In this document: piece by piece, positions 17,169 through 26,182 of the stretch | How positions within the stretch are numbered: the stretch's first letter is position 1 | How the letters are laid out: each line of letters starts with the position of its first letter | Assembly (NCBI GenBank): GCA_028825345.1 | Contig: JAPKAJ010000001.1 | Location: 1 to 35,909, forward strand | Reading direction: 5' to 3' | Length of the DNA stretch: 35,909 nt | Source of the DNA: Arenicellales bacterium | GTDB taxonomy: Bacteria > Pseudomonadota > Gammaproteobacteria > Arenicellales > UBA868 | Notes under the pieces: generated by a model | What the model was told of the DNA's origin: nothing | Databases searched by the model: none | What the model saw: only the letters and a program-made list of their open reading frames with translations | Translations under genes and position numbers: made by a program

Positions 17169-19601
17169 CTAGAACTCATAGGTAGCCTCAATCCCATAGC
17201 TCCTAGGTCTGGCGTAAGAATTAACTATTCCGAAAAGCGATTCGCCCCCGTTCCACACGAGGATTTCGTCATCGAACAGATTCCTGCCATACAGGGCCAG
17301 CCGCCACCGGTTTTCCGCAGCCTCTCGTATTGTCACGCGTATATTGGCCATGTTGTACTGCGGAACTTCCCTCCGATCGGTATTTTCCACATCGGACCAG
17401 CTTTTGGTTTGACCCGACCAGTCGAGGCGTACCTCCCCTTCGATACCAGGCATCACTGGAAACATATAAGCGGCCGATGCGGTCCATTTCCATTCGGGAG
17501 CATCGGGGAGTCTATTACCCTTCGTTTGAGCTAGACCGCCTTTGGGTTGAAAGGCCGAATCGATTTCTGCTTCAATCCACTGGACGCCTAGCCGCACGAA
17601 GAGATTCTCGGTGACCATCCCGGAGGCATTCAAGTCAAAACCCGTGCTATGGGCTTTACCGGTATTCCCATTGTAGGTCAAAGCCGAAGTTATACCGGCA
17701 AGGGGCCCTGCATCTTGTAGCATTATCGCGTCTTTCCAATCGAAATAGAATGCGGATCCTGTAAGATTCATACGGCCATCCAATAGCCTGAGCTTCGCGC
17801 CCAGTTCGTAATTGATCGCAGAATCACCATCAAAGTACAGCTTTGAATTCACAGCGACGAGTCTCTCGGAAACCAGGGCATCCTCCCCATCGCGAGTGGG
17901 CAGGTTGATATCACCGGCAGTTGCCAGAAGGTTATTCAGTAGGCCTAGATCATAGTTAAGATCGCCATTGTAGCCGCCCGGACGAAATCCGGTACTGACG
18001 ATGCCGAAATACATCATATCTTCATTCGGCCGCCAGGTCAGGCCAACCCTAGGTGTCCACTCCTGGTCATCAGTTCCCGCATTCACACGCGAGAACTCCT
18101 GCGTCATGTCTGTGTATCGCACACCTGCGTTAAGTTCCCAGCTTTCGGACAACGCGTAACTGAAATCGCCGAAGATCGCATATTCTTCAAGGCTATTATC
18201 AGGGCTATTTTCAGGCGCTAGCAGGAAGCTCTCATACTGCGGCCGCCACTGTTCCGTTTCTGGGGTCAGTCCAAAGGGTGCGTTTCTGCTTGTGGAATCG
18301 TCGCTGTCCTTGTAAAAAAATCCTGCTATCCAACCGAACGGACCATCCCCATTGGAAACCAGACGAAACTCCTGCGCAAAGCGTTCTGATTCGATGTAGA
18401 ACGTCCCGGCAAACGACGTCATATTAGTCATATCCTGAGGATTGCCAGTAAAAGGGATGGGGGCACTGGGATCACCGAACGGTGCCAATTGATAATTATT
18501 AACGAGTGCGGCATACCAGTCGATTAAGTGCGTACCGGTTTCCAAAAATTCTTGAGAAAAACTCGCGTCCCGATCGAAATAGGAAGTGGAGGACGTAAAA
18601 TCCGCCCAAGGAAACGCGTACTCAACCACCAGGTTATACTGTTGCAGATCATCGTAGGATCCAGGTGCAAATGGCGATGCTTGCGTTTCGACGTAATAAG
18701 GTGCTGAAGCCCAGGCATAGCTGTCCGTTTCGGATTCGAGGGTAGAAGCCGTGAATTTTACAGACAACTGATCCGTAGCCTGCCATTTGGCAGTTATCCT
18801 TCCCCCACTACTCGTCTCCGTGTTTATATCTTTCTCTACGGTGGTTCCGGCAATTGTTCTTCGGTCAAGATAGCCCGGTGACTCTGTTGTAAACCCCACC
18901 AGCCTGACGGCGAACTTGTCTTTAACAAGGGGGATGTTAACCATTCCGTCAAAACGGTAGCCTGTATCGCCGGACTCATTCATGCCATTAAAGTTGACCT
19001 GGACTTTAGAGGCCCACTCGTTGAGATCCGGCTGATTACTGATGTAACGGATGGTGCCCGCCATCGATCCCTCGCCGAACAGGGTTCCCTGGGGCCCATT
19101 GAGAACCTCGACACGTGCCAGGTCGAACATCACTCCACCGATCTGCCGATCCGGCTCCTGACCCCCGGTCACTGGTGTTTCATCGATGTATATAGACGTC
19201 ATGGCTTTAGTCTGGTTGGGTGCCTCATAACCGGATATCGCTCTTATACCCCGTATGCTGACGTTGGTTCTGGACGAATCAGTTTGAATAACATTGAGGC
19301 TGGGAACGGCAAGGGCCAAGTCGGCCATGTTCTGAAGACCCATGCTCTCGATCATAGACTCATCTATCGCCATCATGGAGAGGGGCGTGTCCATCTCCGC
19401 CGTATCCCTGTACGTGGCCGTGACCACAATCTCATCCAGGAAAGGTGTCGCTTTCTTTTTCGCTTCCCTTTCCATGTCACCCGCGGCGGCTGCATGGGTG
19501 GCCGCAGGTAAAAAGGTCAAAAAGCCAAAAAAAACCAGTGAAAATGTCACGACCTTGGCAGGCCAATCGCTTCTTCTTCCGATAAAGTTTCTTGAGATCA
19601 T
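17169..19601 (-). CDS. TonB-dependent outer-membrane receptor
   Basis: GAGGT RBS and ATG at 19601; signal peptide; TonB box LDEIVVTA; plug motif RVEVLNGPQGTLFG; C-terminal RPRSYGIEATYEF ending in Phe. Confidence 0.93.
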   Translation of the reverse strand: MISRNFIGRRSDWPAKVVTFSLVFFGFLTFLPAATHAAAAGDMEREAKKKATPFLDEIVVTATYRDTAEMDTPLSMMAIDESMIESMGLQNMADLALAVPSLNVIQTDSSRTNVSIRGIRAISGYEAPNQTKAMTSIYIDETPVTGGQEPDRQIGGVMFDLARVEVLNGPQGTLFGEGSMAGTIRYISNQPDLNEWASKVQVNFNGMNESGDTGYRFDGMVNIPLVKDKFAVRLVGFTTESPGYLDRRTIAGTTVEKDINTETSSGGRITAKWQATDQLSVKFTASTLESETDSYAWASAPYYVETQASPFAPGSYDDLQQYNLVVEYAFPWADFTSSTSYFDRDASFSQEFLETGTHLIDWYAALVNNYQLAPFGDPSAPIPFTGNPQDMTNMTSFAGTFYIESERFAQEFRLVSNGDGPFGWIAGFFYKDSDDSTSRNAPFGLTPETEQWRPQYESFLLAPENSPDNSLEEYAIFGDFSYALSESWELNAGVRYTDMTQEFSRVNAGTDDQEWTPRVGLTWRPNEDMMYFGIVSTGFRPGGYNGDLNYDLGLLNNLLATAGDINLPTRDGEDALVSERLVAVNSKLYFDGDSAINYELGAKLRLLDGRMNLTGSAFYFDWKDAIMLQDAGPLAGITSALTYNGNTGKAHSTGFDLNASGMVTENLFVRLGVQWIEAEIDSAFQPKGGLAQTKGNRLPDAPEWKWTASAAYMFPVMPGIEGEVRLDWSGQTKSWSDVENTDRREVPQYNMANIRVTIREAAENRWRLALYGRNLFDDEILVWNGGESLFGIVNSYARPRSYGIEATYEF

Positions 19602-19644
19602 GTTTACCTCTTCAATTTTGATTAGGTTGTTAAGCGGACGCACT

Positions 19645-19669
19645 ACTGAATACTGATTCAATATTCAGT
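19645..19669. promoter_or_regulatory. Palindromic operator copy 3 with leftward promoter for the TonB-dependent receptor
   Basis: ACTGAATACTGA-T-TCAATATTCAGT, 1 mismatch. Minus strand: TTGACA (19678-19673), 17 bp, CAGTAT. An extra box CCAATATTGA lies at 19681-19690. Confidence 0.88.
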
Positions 19670-19703
19670 TTATGTCAAACCCAATATTGAATAGTTTTGC
19701 AAT

Positions 19704-20258
19704 TTATAAAGAAAGCAAGTCGTAATTCTTCCCCATCCGGACCCGTAACGTTCGGGTCGCCCGTGCGAGGGCTGCAATCTGGTCTTCATAACCTCGGTTA
19801 GCGCTCCCCGCGTATTCCGGACCCCATCGACTTACATCGAGAAAACCAAAAATACTCAGGCGGTAATTGATCGACACCACCACAATGTCATTATTCCGAG
19901 CCAATGCGGTACCGTCGTATAGGTTGGCGGAGTCCTGGATCAACCCGCCACCGTGAATCCAGAAGATCACTGGGCACGGTTTGCCTCCTGTCCCGGGGTG
20001 TAGATGTTCAAGTACAGGAAATCCTCACTCTCAGCGCCAGGTTCCCTTCCAACCATGACTTCCTGATCAGCCGGCGGCTGCGGGCAAAAGTTTGGGAAGT
20101 GGGTCGCATCGAATGTCCCGTCCAGTCAGCGCTGGGGCCGGTGCACGCCAGCGTCTGCTGCCAACCGGTGCTGCCGCATATGGCAACCCCAGAAAAACAT
20201 CAACGCCGTCGTTGTGTAAACCCTACACCTTGCCTAATCGAGTCTTAACCACTGTCAT
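19704..20258 (-). pseudogene. Degenerate carboxylesterase
   Basis: GGGAG RBS and ATG at 20258 give [32 protein letters not shown], with TAG at 20225-20223. Frameshifts precede SEDFLYLNIYTP and IFWIHGGG. After DQIAAL it jumps out of frame to RTGDPNVTG (19767-19741). Confidence 0.9.
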
Positions 20259-20441
20259 CACGTTCTCCCTTTGAGTTTGAAACAGGCGGACCAACCGAGT
20301 GCGTTACGACCTGGTCCCATAGATAGCCTCCGGAAAATATGCGAACTCAGAGGCTCGACATTTGGTGACTGGTTCCAACAGCAAATACTTTATGCAACAC
20401 ACAACCTCCAGTTCATCAGCTGTCCGCGCAGAGAGTTGTTT

Positions 20442-20495
20442 CAGTTTCAGTTTCAGTTTCAGTTGCAGTTGCAGTTGCAGTTGCAGTTGCAGTTG
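20442..20495. repeat. Compound hexanucleotide tandem repeat (CAGTTT)3(CAGTTG)6
   Basis: Directly visible; ends flush against operator copy 4 at 20496. Confidence 0.95.
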
Positions 20496-20520
20496 ACTGA
20501 ATATTGATTCAATATTCAAT
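20496..20520. promoter_or_regulatory. Palindromic operator copy 4, probable bidirectional promoter
   Basis: ACTGAATATTGA-T-TCAATATTCAAT, 1 mismatch. Minus strand: TTGGCA (20529-20524), 17 bp, CAATAT. Plus strand: TTGCAG (20487-20492, inside the repeat), 17 bp, CAATAT. Confidence 0.85.
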
Positions 20521-20796
20521 TTATGCCAAAAATTATAATCCCGTACGTAAAGTGGCTATCTCGTCCTTGCTGCATAGGCTCGTTCCCGACCATTTGGTTG
20601 AGAACGTTAATCACCTCAGAGACGAGTTCGTGATCACAATTGTTATGAAAACGCCCGGAAATGGATTGACACTGGCTTCAACCGGTTTCGTGACACAAAA
20701 CCCCAAAAACGTTAAACCTGACATTTGATTTCGACGGGATAAAGAAAACGACGGATTCCGGTGTGTACCAGAGACCTAAACTAAACAGGAGACATT

Positions 20797-21843
20797 ATGA
20801 AAGCATTTCAGGTAGCAGAAAATGGCAAACCACTAGTAGAAGTAGAACTAGAAACACCAACACCAACGGGCCAAGAAATTCTGCTAAAGACTATATCATG
20901 TGGAGTTTGTCATTCAGATATTCATATACACGATGGTTATTTTGAACTGGGTGGAGGAGCGAAGCTTCCAACTCCTCTAATGGAACCTTTAACCATGGGT
21001 CATGAAATATTTGGAGAAGTTATTGCCTTTGGGGAAAAGGTTTCCAATATAAAGGTAGGCGAGAAATATGTTGCTTACCCATGGATAGGGTGTGGAGATT
21101 GTGAACTTTGTAACGTCGACAAAACGCAATACTGTATGAACAATACAAACCTTGGCGTCAACGTAGGCGGCGGATATGGCGATCATGTATTGGTGCCCGG
21201 AGAACAATATCTATTTGATGCAGGAGACACCCCGGACAACCTGGCCGGTAGCTATGCATGCAGAGGTCTTACTGCTTTTAGTGCTCTAAAAAAAGCCGAA
21301 CCTTTTCCTCAGGATAACTCATTGGTAATTATCAGTGCGGGAGGTTTAGGTCTCCTGGCTTTAAAAATTGCCATAGCAAAATATGGCATTAATCCGATCG
21401 TCATCGATATTGATGACGATAAGCTAAAAGTTGCAAAAGAGTTGGGCGCTTCTGCTGTCATTAACTCTTCATCTGAAGGAGCCGCAGGGAAAATACTTGA
21501 ACTGACTGGCGGTGGTGCAAGATCTATAGTCGATTTTGTTGGTGCCGAAGTTACTGCTAATTTGGGTTATCAATGTCTTACCAGAGGCGGGACACTAGTA
21601 GTCGTTGGCCTATTCGGCGGCCAGATTAAGGTTGCTTTGCCCGTACACGTTTTGACAGAAAAGAAACTCATCGGTTCTTATGTCGGAAGTTTAGGAGAAA
21701 TGAAAGAACTAATGGCACTAGTTGCGGATGGAAAAATTGAGCCCGTAGAAGTTGAATCAAGAAATGTAGCTGAAGCAAACAGGACGCTTAAAGAAATGAA
21801 AGAAGGAAAACTTTTAGGCCTGGTCGCTTTAACACATAGCTAA
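20797..21843 (+). CDS. Zn-dependent (MDR) alcohol dehydrogenase, AT-rich
   Basis: AGGAG RBS; CGVCHSD, GHE, structural Zn CGDCELC...C, AGGLG nucleotide-binding motif. Confidence 0.93.
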   Translation: MKAFQVAENGKPLVEVELETPTPTGQEILLKTISCGVCHSDIHIHDGYFELGGGAKLPTPLMEPLTMGHEIFGEVIAFGEKVSNIKVGEKYVAYPWIGCGDCELCNVDKTQYCMNNTNLGVNVGGGYGDHVLVPGEQYLFDAGDTPDNLAGSYACRGLTAFSALKKAEPFPQDNSLVIISAGGLGLLALKIAIAKYGINPIVIDIDDDKLKVAKELGASAVINSSSEGAAGKILELTGGGARSIVDFVGAEVTANLGYQCLTRGGTLVVVGLFGGQIKVALPVHVLTEKKLIGSYVGSLGEMKELMALVADGKIEPVEVESRNVAEANRTLKEMKEGKLLGLVALTHS

Positions 21844-22044
21844 GCTTATGAGCACGACCGGAGCGCTGGAAGCTGGCGTCATCGACCGGCTTACGCCGAC
21901 GGCGAGGGAATAGAAACGGCGATAACGATCGCAGAGAGATTAGCGAAGTTGCCGGGTACGTGTATGCGTTAACCACACAGCATATGCACAAGAATGGCCT
22001 TGGAATAATGAAAGCCGATTTCTACACAAACGATACCTGACGTT

Positions 22045-22977
22045 TTACAAAAGGGTTTGCAGCTTGGCCGCTACCCCGGCCACGGCGTCTATCCAATTCT
22101 GATCGCGGTCGCCAACAGTAAATTTTGACAACTCCTGACGTTCGCCGATAAGTAGCACGTGGGACAATCCCTCTCGACCCGCCACCACTTCAGGTTGGGC
22201 CCCGGCTTCATTCAACCAGAAATCTCCGTAAGTCTTTGTCACACCATCAACCGTACAAGCACCCTCCACCACGACATGGAGCGTTTCGGTGCCGAGGTTA
22301 CCGGCTGGCACAACTCTGGCGCTAGGATCACCCTTCAACAACACCAGAACCGGGCCAACCCTGCGATCGCCCATGAGAGAAACGGTCGCTCGAATACCCG
22401 GCGAAACTTCGTCCCAGTCCTTCGCAGTGTCAAAACTGCTATCCAGATGGCCGAGTGATGTTTCGCCCAGGGTCGAGGCAATAGCAGACCCCTCAGGGCT
22501 CGGATGCTCATCCTGAATACCCAACTTATCAGAGAATGGCTTTTGCTGGACTGCGGCTTGCTCCTGAAGTTTTTTGTCAACCGGACAGGCCGGCCAGCCG
22601 CGACGGTCGCCAAAAACCAGCACCCCATAGCCTCCCTTCGGGCCCCAGGCCACGTTGTCGCCGGGATAAGAGATGCTGCCGTCCTGGAAGCGAAACTGGC
22701 CATCGACATAGGCATATTTACCCACATTGGTCGTCCCAAGAATGGACATCCGCCAGGTATCCGAGTCGTGTCCATGGGCCGGTCCCCGGGGCATCTCGTC
22801 TTCCATCGGCCCAAAACAACTAAACAATATATAGGGCCCTGCGGTGTCGTCGCCCATCAGTAAGTCCAGCGATTTGCCAACTCCGAAAAATCGCCGCCAA
22901 CCTTCCACGTGACGATAAGACAGGTTTAGCTGACCATTAACAGCCGGGTCGATCTTTCCAACCGGTGTTGAATACAT
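22045..22977 (-). CDS. Hypothetical protein, possibly tandem cupin/beta-barrel fold
   Basis: GGAGG RBS; 310 aa; last gene of the BVMO operon. HGHDSD and HVVVEG...V patterns resemble cupin motifs. No firm family call. Confidence 0.6.
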   Translation of the reverse strand: MYSTPVGKIDPAVNGQLNLSYRHVEGWRRFFGVGKSLDLLMGDDTAGPYILFSCFGPMEDEMPRGPAHGHDSDTWRMSILGTTNVGKYAYVDGQFRFQDGSISYPGDNVAWGPKGGYGVLVFGDRRGWPACPVDKKLQEQAAVQQKPFSDKLGIQDEHPSPEGSAIASTLGETSLGHLDSSFDTAKDWDEVSPGIRATVSLMGDRRVGPVLVLLKGDPSARVVPAGNLGTETLHVVVEGACTVDGVTKTYGDFWLNEAGAQPEVVAGREGLSHVLLIGERQELSKFTVGDRDQNWIDAVAGVAAKLQTLL

Positions 22978-23086
22978 AACGATTCCTCCAATTTTTCATC
23001 CCCGCCAAGTCTTAACGGGTACCTGGTAAATAACAAACACGGGCAGCATCTAGATCTAGACCTAACCCCTTAGTAGTATCGTTTTC

Positions 23087-24412
23087 TCACGACACTAATT
23101 CGTTCCTGATGTGTTTTGCAGCAACAAAAAAGTGAATCGAAGCCCAGCCAATGATCGTGACACTACCGATCATGGCATAACGCAGGCTTTCGCTACCCAG
23201 CTCTGGCGCCAGTGCATCGCTGAGCAGTCCGATAAGTAGTGGTCCTGCACCAACCCCGATGAGATTCGTCGCGAACATGATTCCTGCCATTCCCATACCG
23301 CGAAGGTGTGCGGGCAACACGCTTTGCATACTCGTCAAAACGAGCGCCACGAAGGATGTGGTGATGACAATAGTGACGCCCAGCATCGCGCACGCCATAT
23401 AGATGTTGTCGAGATAAAGGGTCAACATCCAGGTTGGTACGGTCAATGAACTCGCAATACCGGGCCACCACAGCTCCCAGCGCCGATCGCGCCGCACGGC
23501 TAGCGGTCCAAGCGCTGCGCCGAGCATCACGCCTGCTATCGTGCACAATCCAACCACGCCACCGAGCAATGCGCCCACTTCGCTTAAGGACAGGCCGTGG
23601 CTGCGCATGAAAAATGCGCCGAACCAGGCGCTCACACCGGCGCCGCCGAATGATCCGATGCCATAGGCAATGAAGACGTGCAACATCGTTCGCCGACGCA
23701 GTACCTGGCCAATGGCCTGATACCAGGTGATGTCTGTATCGAACTGCTCTGTGGTGTTCTGGAAGCGGCCTCGCAGGGGGTCCCGCAAAGTCGTGACCAG
23801 AATGATTGCGAGCAACACACCGGGCAGACCCATGGCAAAAAAAGCGACTCGCCAGCCATAGTGGTCGGCAATCACCCCGACCAAAGCCAGTCCTAACGTA
23901 CCGCCGGCCGCGCCGCCCAGTTGATACCAACTCATTCCCCGGCTGCGATTCTCCGGCGTGTAATAGTCCCCCATCATCGACACAGACGCCGGGGCACCCC
24001 CGGCTTCGCCTATACCGATGACGATCCTTGTCAGCGCCAACTGAATAAAGTTTTGAGCAAAACCGGCTACCGCAGTCGCAGCACTCCACACCGCCAGGCA
24101 CACCGCTAACAGTTTCACCCTACTGCGAGTATCTGCCAGGCGCGCCAGAGGTATACCGAACAATGCATAGGTCAGACTGAATGCAAACCCGGTGAGCAGT
24201 CCAAGCTGCGTATCGGTCAAGCCCAGATCTGCCTTGATTGGCTCAATCAGAATCGACATAGCCGCCCTGTCCAGCGCATGAAACAGGTTAACAAGGCCGA
24301 GCAGCACCGTCGCATGAATGAGCACCCCGCGGCTGACAGCGGCTCCGCTAGCAGGGTCCGTGCCCTGGGCAGGCGTCGAAGCGCCCCCGTTTACCGCCGG
24401 TGAACTGCTCAT
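23087..24412 (-). CDS. MFS transporter (spinster-like)
   Basis: Paralog of 12570..13865, with long identical stretches (DTQLGLLTGFAFSLTYALFGIPLARLADTRSRVKLL; end RNELVS). ATGA overlap with the upstream VOC gene. Confidence 0.9.
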   Translation of the reverse strand: MSSSPAVNGGASTPAQGTDPASGAAVSRGVLIHATVLLGLVNLFHALDRAAMSILIEPIKADLGLTDTQLGLLTGFAFSLTYALFGIPLARLADTRSRVKLLAVCLAVWSAATAVAGFAQNFIQLALTRIVIGIGEAGGAPASVSMMGDYYTPENRSRGMSWYQLGGAAGGTLGLALVGVIADHYGWRVAFFAMGLPGVLLAIILVTTLRDPLRGRFQNTTEQFDTDITWYQAIGQVLRRRTMLHVFIAYGIGSFGGAGVSAWFGAFFMRSHGLSLSEVGALLGGVVGLCTIAGVMLGAALGPLAVRRDRRWELWWPGIASSLTVPTWMLTLYLDNIYMACAMLGVTIVITTSFVALVLTSMQSVLPAHLRGMGMAGIMFATNLIGVGAGPLLIGLLSDALAPELGSESLRYAMIGSVTIIGWASIHFFVAAKHIRNELVS

Positions 24413-24876
24413 TCGTCAAATTCCAACAGCTCAACATCGAAACCCAATTTTTCGAGTCCCTGCAGGAAGGCATAGCGGCCACCAGGTGCAGCGCCCATCG
24501 CAGGGAAGTTACCGTTCTGCAGCAACGGCAAACCAATGTCTTCCAGACTGCCAATGACAGGCTCCATCCCATTCACGATAAAGGCAAGGTGATGGATGCC
24601 GTTGCCTTTTTGGGCCAGGCAGTCCTGAAAAACGCTTGGCCCTTCAACAGGTTCTATAAACTCCAGCACGATGTTCTTCAATGGAATATAGCCAACCCGG
24701 GCGCGCCCCTCAGTAGGTTTGCCTCGATAGAGGCTCTGGGTCTCCTCATGAGCTCCGGTGACGCTCGAAGGAGGTGTTTCGATGCCGAACAATTCGGCGA
24801 ACATTGTTAAATATTTTTCGACATCGTCTACGACAAAAGCAATTTTTAAAACGTTGTGCGGTAACAAAGAGTTCAA
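24409..24876 (-). CDS. VOC family protein (glyoxalase/methylmalonyl-CoA epimerase-like)
   Basis: GGAG RBS with TTG start; IAFVVDDVE, LEFIEP..GPS, GIHHLAF, VELLE. Confidence 0.85.
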   Translation of the reverse strand: MNSLLPHNVLKIAFVVDDVEKYLTMFAELFGIETPPSSVTGAHEETQSLYRGKPTEGRARVGYIPLKNIVLEFIEPVEGPSVFQDCLAQKGNGIHHLAFIVNGMEPVIGSLEDIGLPLLQNGNFPAMGAAPGGRYAFLQGLEKLGFDVELLEFDE

Positions 24877-24936
24877 GGGTGTCTCCTTTGATCAAATTTC
24901 CCTGGCATTATTCTTCGATCTGGTTATCAAACCATA

Positions 24937-26142
24937 TCAAATGCCGAGATCTTTCAGGCTGTAGTTCTTGAGCCGTTTCCTGGCTGAGTCGTCCCAGCGG
25001 AACTGGTCTTCGAAGCCGACGAACGGCTGGTAGAAGTAGCGGGTTTCAGCGGCGAAGTGTCGGGCGCGGGCATCGATGGCCGTGGCGATCACGCTCGAAC
25101 GCTCGAAGATTCTCGCATCGTCATAGACTTCATTCTCACCGGCGACCAGCGCGCCATGCTGCCCGATCACGGCTGCGCGACGATGAAAGCCGAACGTGAG
25201 CGACACCCGCTGATCTGGTGAAGTGTTGGCAAACGATCCATGCAGTATCTGGCGGTTGGCCACAGTCACGGAACCAGCTTCACAAAAGAGTGGCACCGCA
25301 GTCGGCAGGCGGTCAGAGCCGCCGTTGGCCTCGACCATCTGCTTGATGTCAACCTTGCCGAGCTTGTGCGTACCTGGCACCACCCACAGACAGTTGGCCG
25401 GTGTGCTGCGGTAGAGCTGTACCTGAAAGTTAAACCCGTGGCTACCTTCGTCCCAGTCCGGCGAGTCCCAGTGGGTGACACCGTCCTGGTGCCAGGCCAC
25501 GGACGCCCCAAGACCTGGCTGCTTGATGAAGATGGCATCGTTGTACGGCACGAAGTCCGGACCGTTAATGGCCTCGGCCACTGCAAGCAGACCCGGATGT
25601 CCATACACCCTAAGCCCAGCGTCCATCGCCTCACACATGTTGAACATCAAATAGATGACCTTGTCTGGGGTTTCGCCGTCCGGCACCGGCTCGAGCATCT
25701 TGGAAGGATGCCGGCCACCACCGGCCGCGGTGCCCCCCAACGGATCGCTCAGGGGCGTTACCCACAAATAGGTATCCCGCACGAGATCGTGACCCAACGC
25801 CGGTTGGCCAACCGCATCAACTTTTGCGCCCGGCGCGGCTGGTGCACGGCGCACCATATCGTTGACCCCCGTACGTAGCTCCTCGAGTTCGACCTGGTCG
25901 ATCACGTCTTCGAAGACATAAAAGCCATGGGTCCAATAAGCGGCGAGGATGTTCGGGTGCAGCGCGCCGTCGGCTGCAAATCGCAACGGACCCCGGTTGT
26001 CTAGCGCGAGCGCACGCGCGCACCCTTCTTCCATGTAATCGGCCATGTCAGCTGCATGTTGGGCGGCTGTGGGCCTCTTCCGGTATTCGACCTGATTACC
26101 CTTCCGATCCGAGACGGAATTTTTCAATCGTGTCTCATCCAT
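24937..26142 (-). CDS. PhyH-family 2-oxoglutarate/Fe(II) dioxygenase
   Basis: WHQD HxD motif, LWVVPGTH, distal HGS..N and R (DQRVSL) 2OG-binding residue. Confidence 0.88.
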   Translation of the reverse strand: MDETRLKNSVSDRKGNQVEYRKRPTAAQHAADMADYMEEGCARALALDNRGPLRFAADGALHPNILAAYWTHGFYVFEDVIDQVELEELRTGVNDMVRRAPAAPGAKVDAVGQPALGHDLVRDTYLWVTPLSDPLGGTAAGGGRHPSKMLEPVPDGETPDKVIYLMFNMCEAMDAGLRVYGHPGLLAVAEAINGPDFVPYNDAIFIKQPGLGASVAWHQDGVTHWDSPDWDEGSHGFNFQVQLYRSTPANCLWVVPGTHKLGKVDIKQMVEANGGSDRLPTAVPLFCEAGSVTVANRQILHGSFANTSPDQRVSLTFGFHRRAAVIGQHGALVAGENEVYDDARIFERSSVIATAIDARARHFAAETRYFYQPFVGFEDQFRWDDSARKRLKNYSLKDLGI

Positions 26143-26182
26143 CTTATCGCCCCTTAGTTGTTTTGGTTAACCATCTCTGCGG

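Noticed and set aside
20271-20519. ORFs with FQFQ/LQLQ and QLQL/KLKL runs
   Set aside because: These are translations of the hexamer repeat and overlap the operator; there is no RBS or family signal.
23193-24101. 302-aa alternate-frame ORF, and similar overlapping ORFs such as 5944..6789 and 25240..25878
   Set aside because: They lie wholly inside well-supported genes and have Arg/Pro/Ala-rich, motif-free composition typical of off-frame translation.
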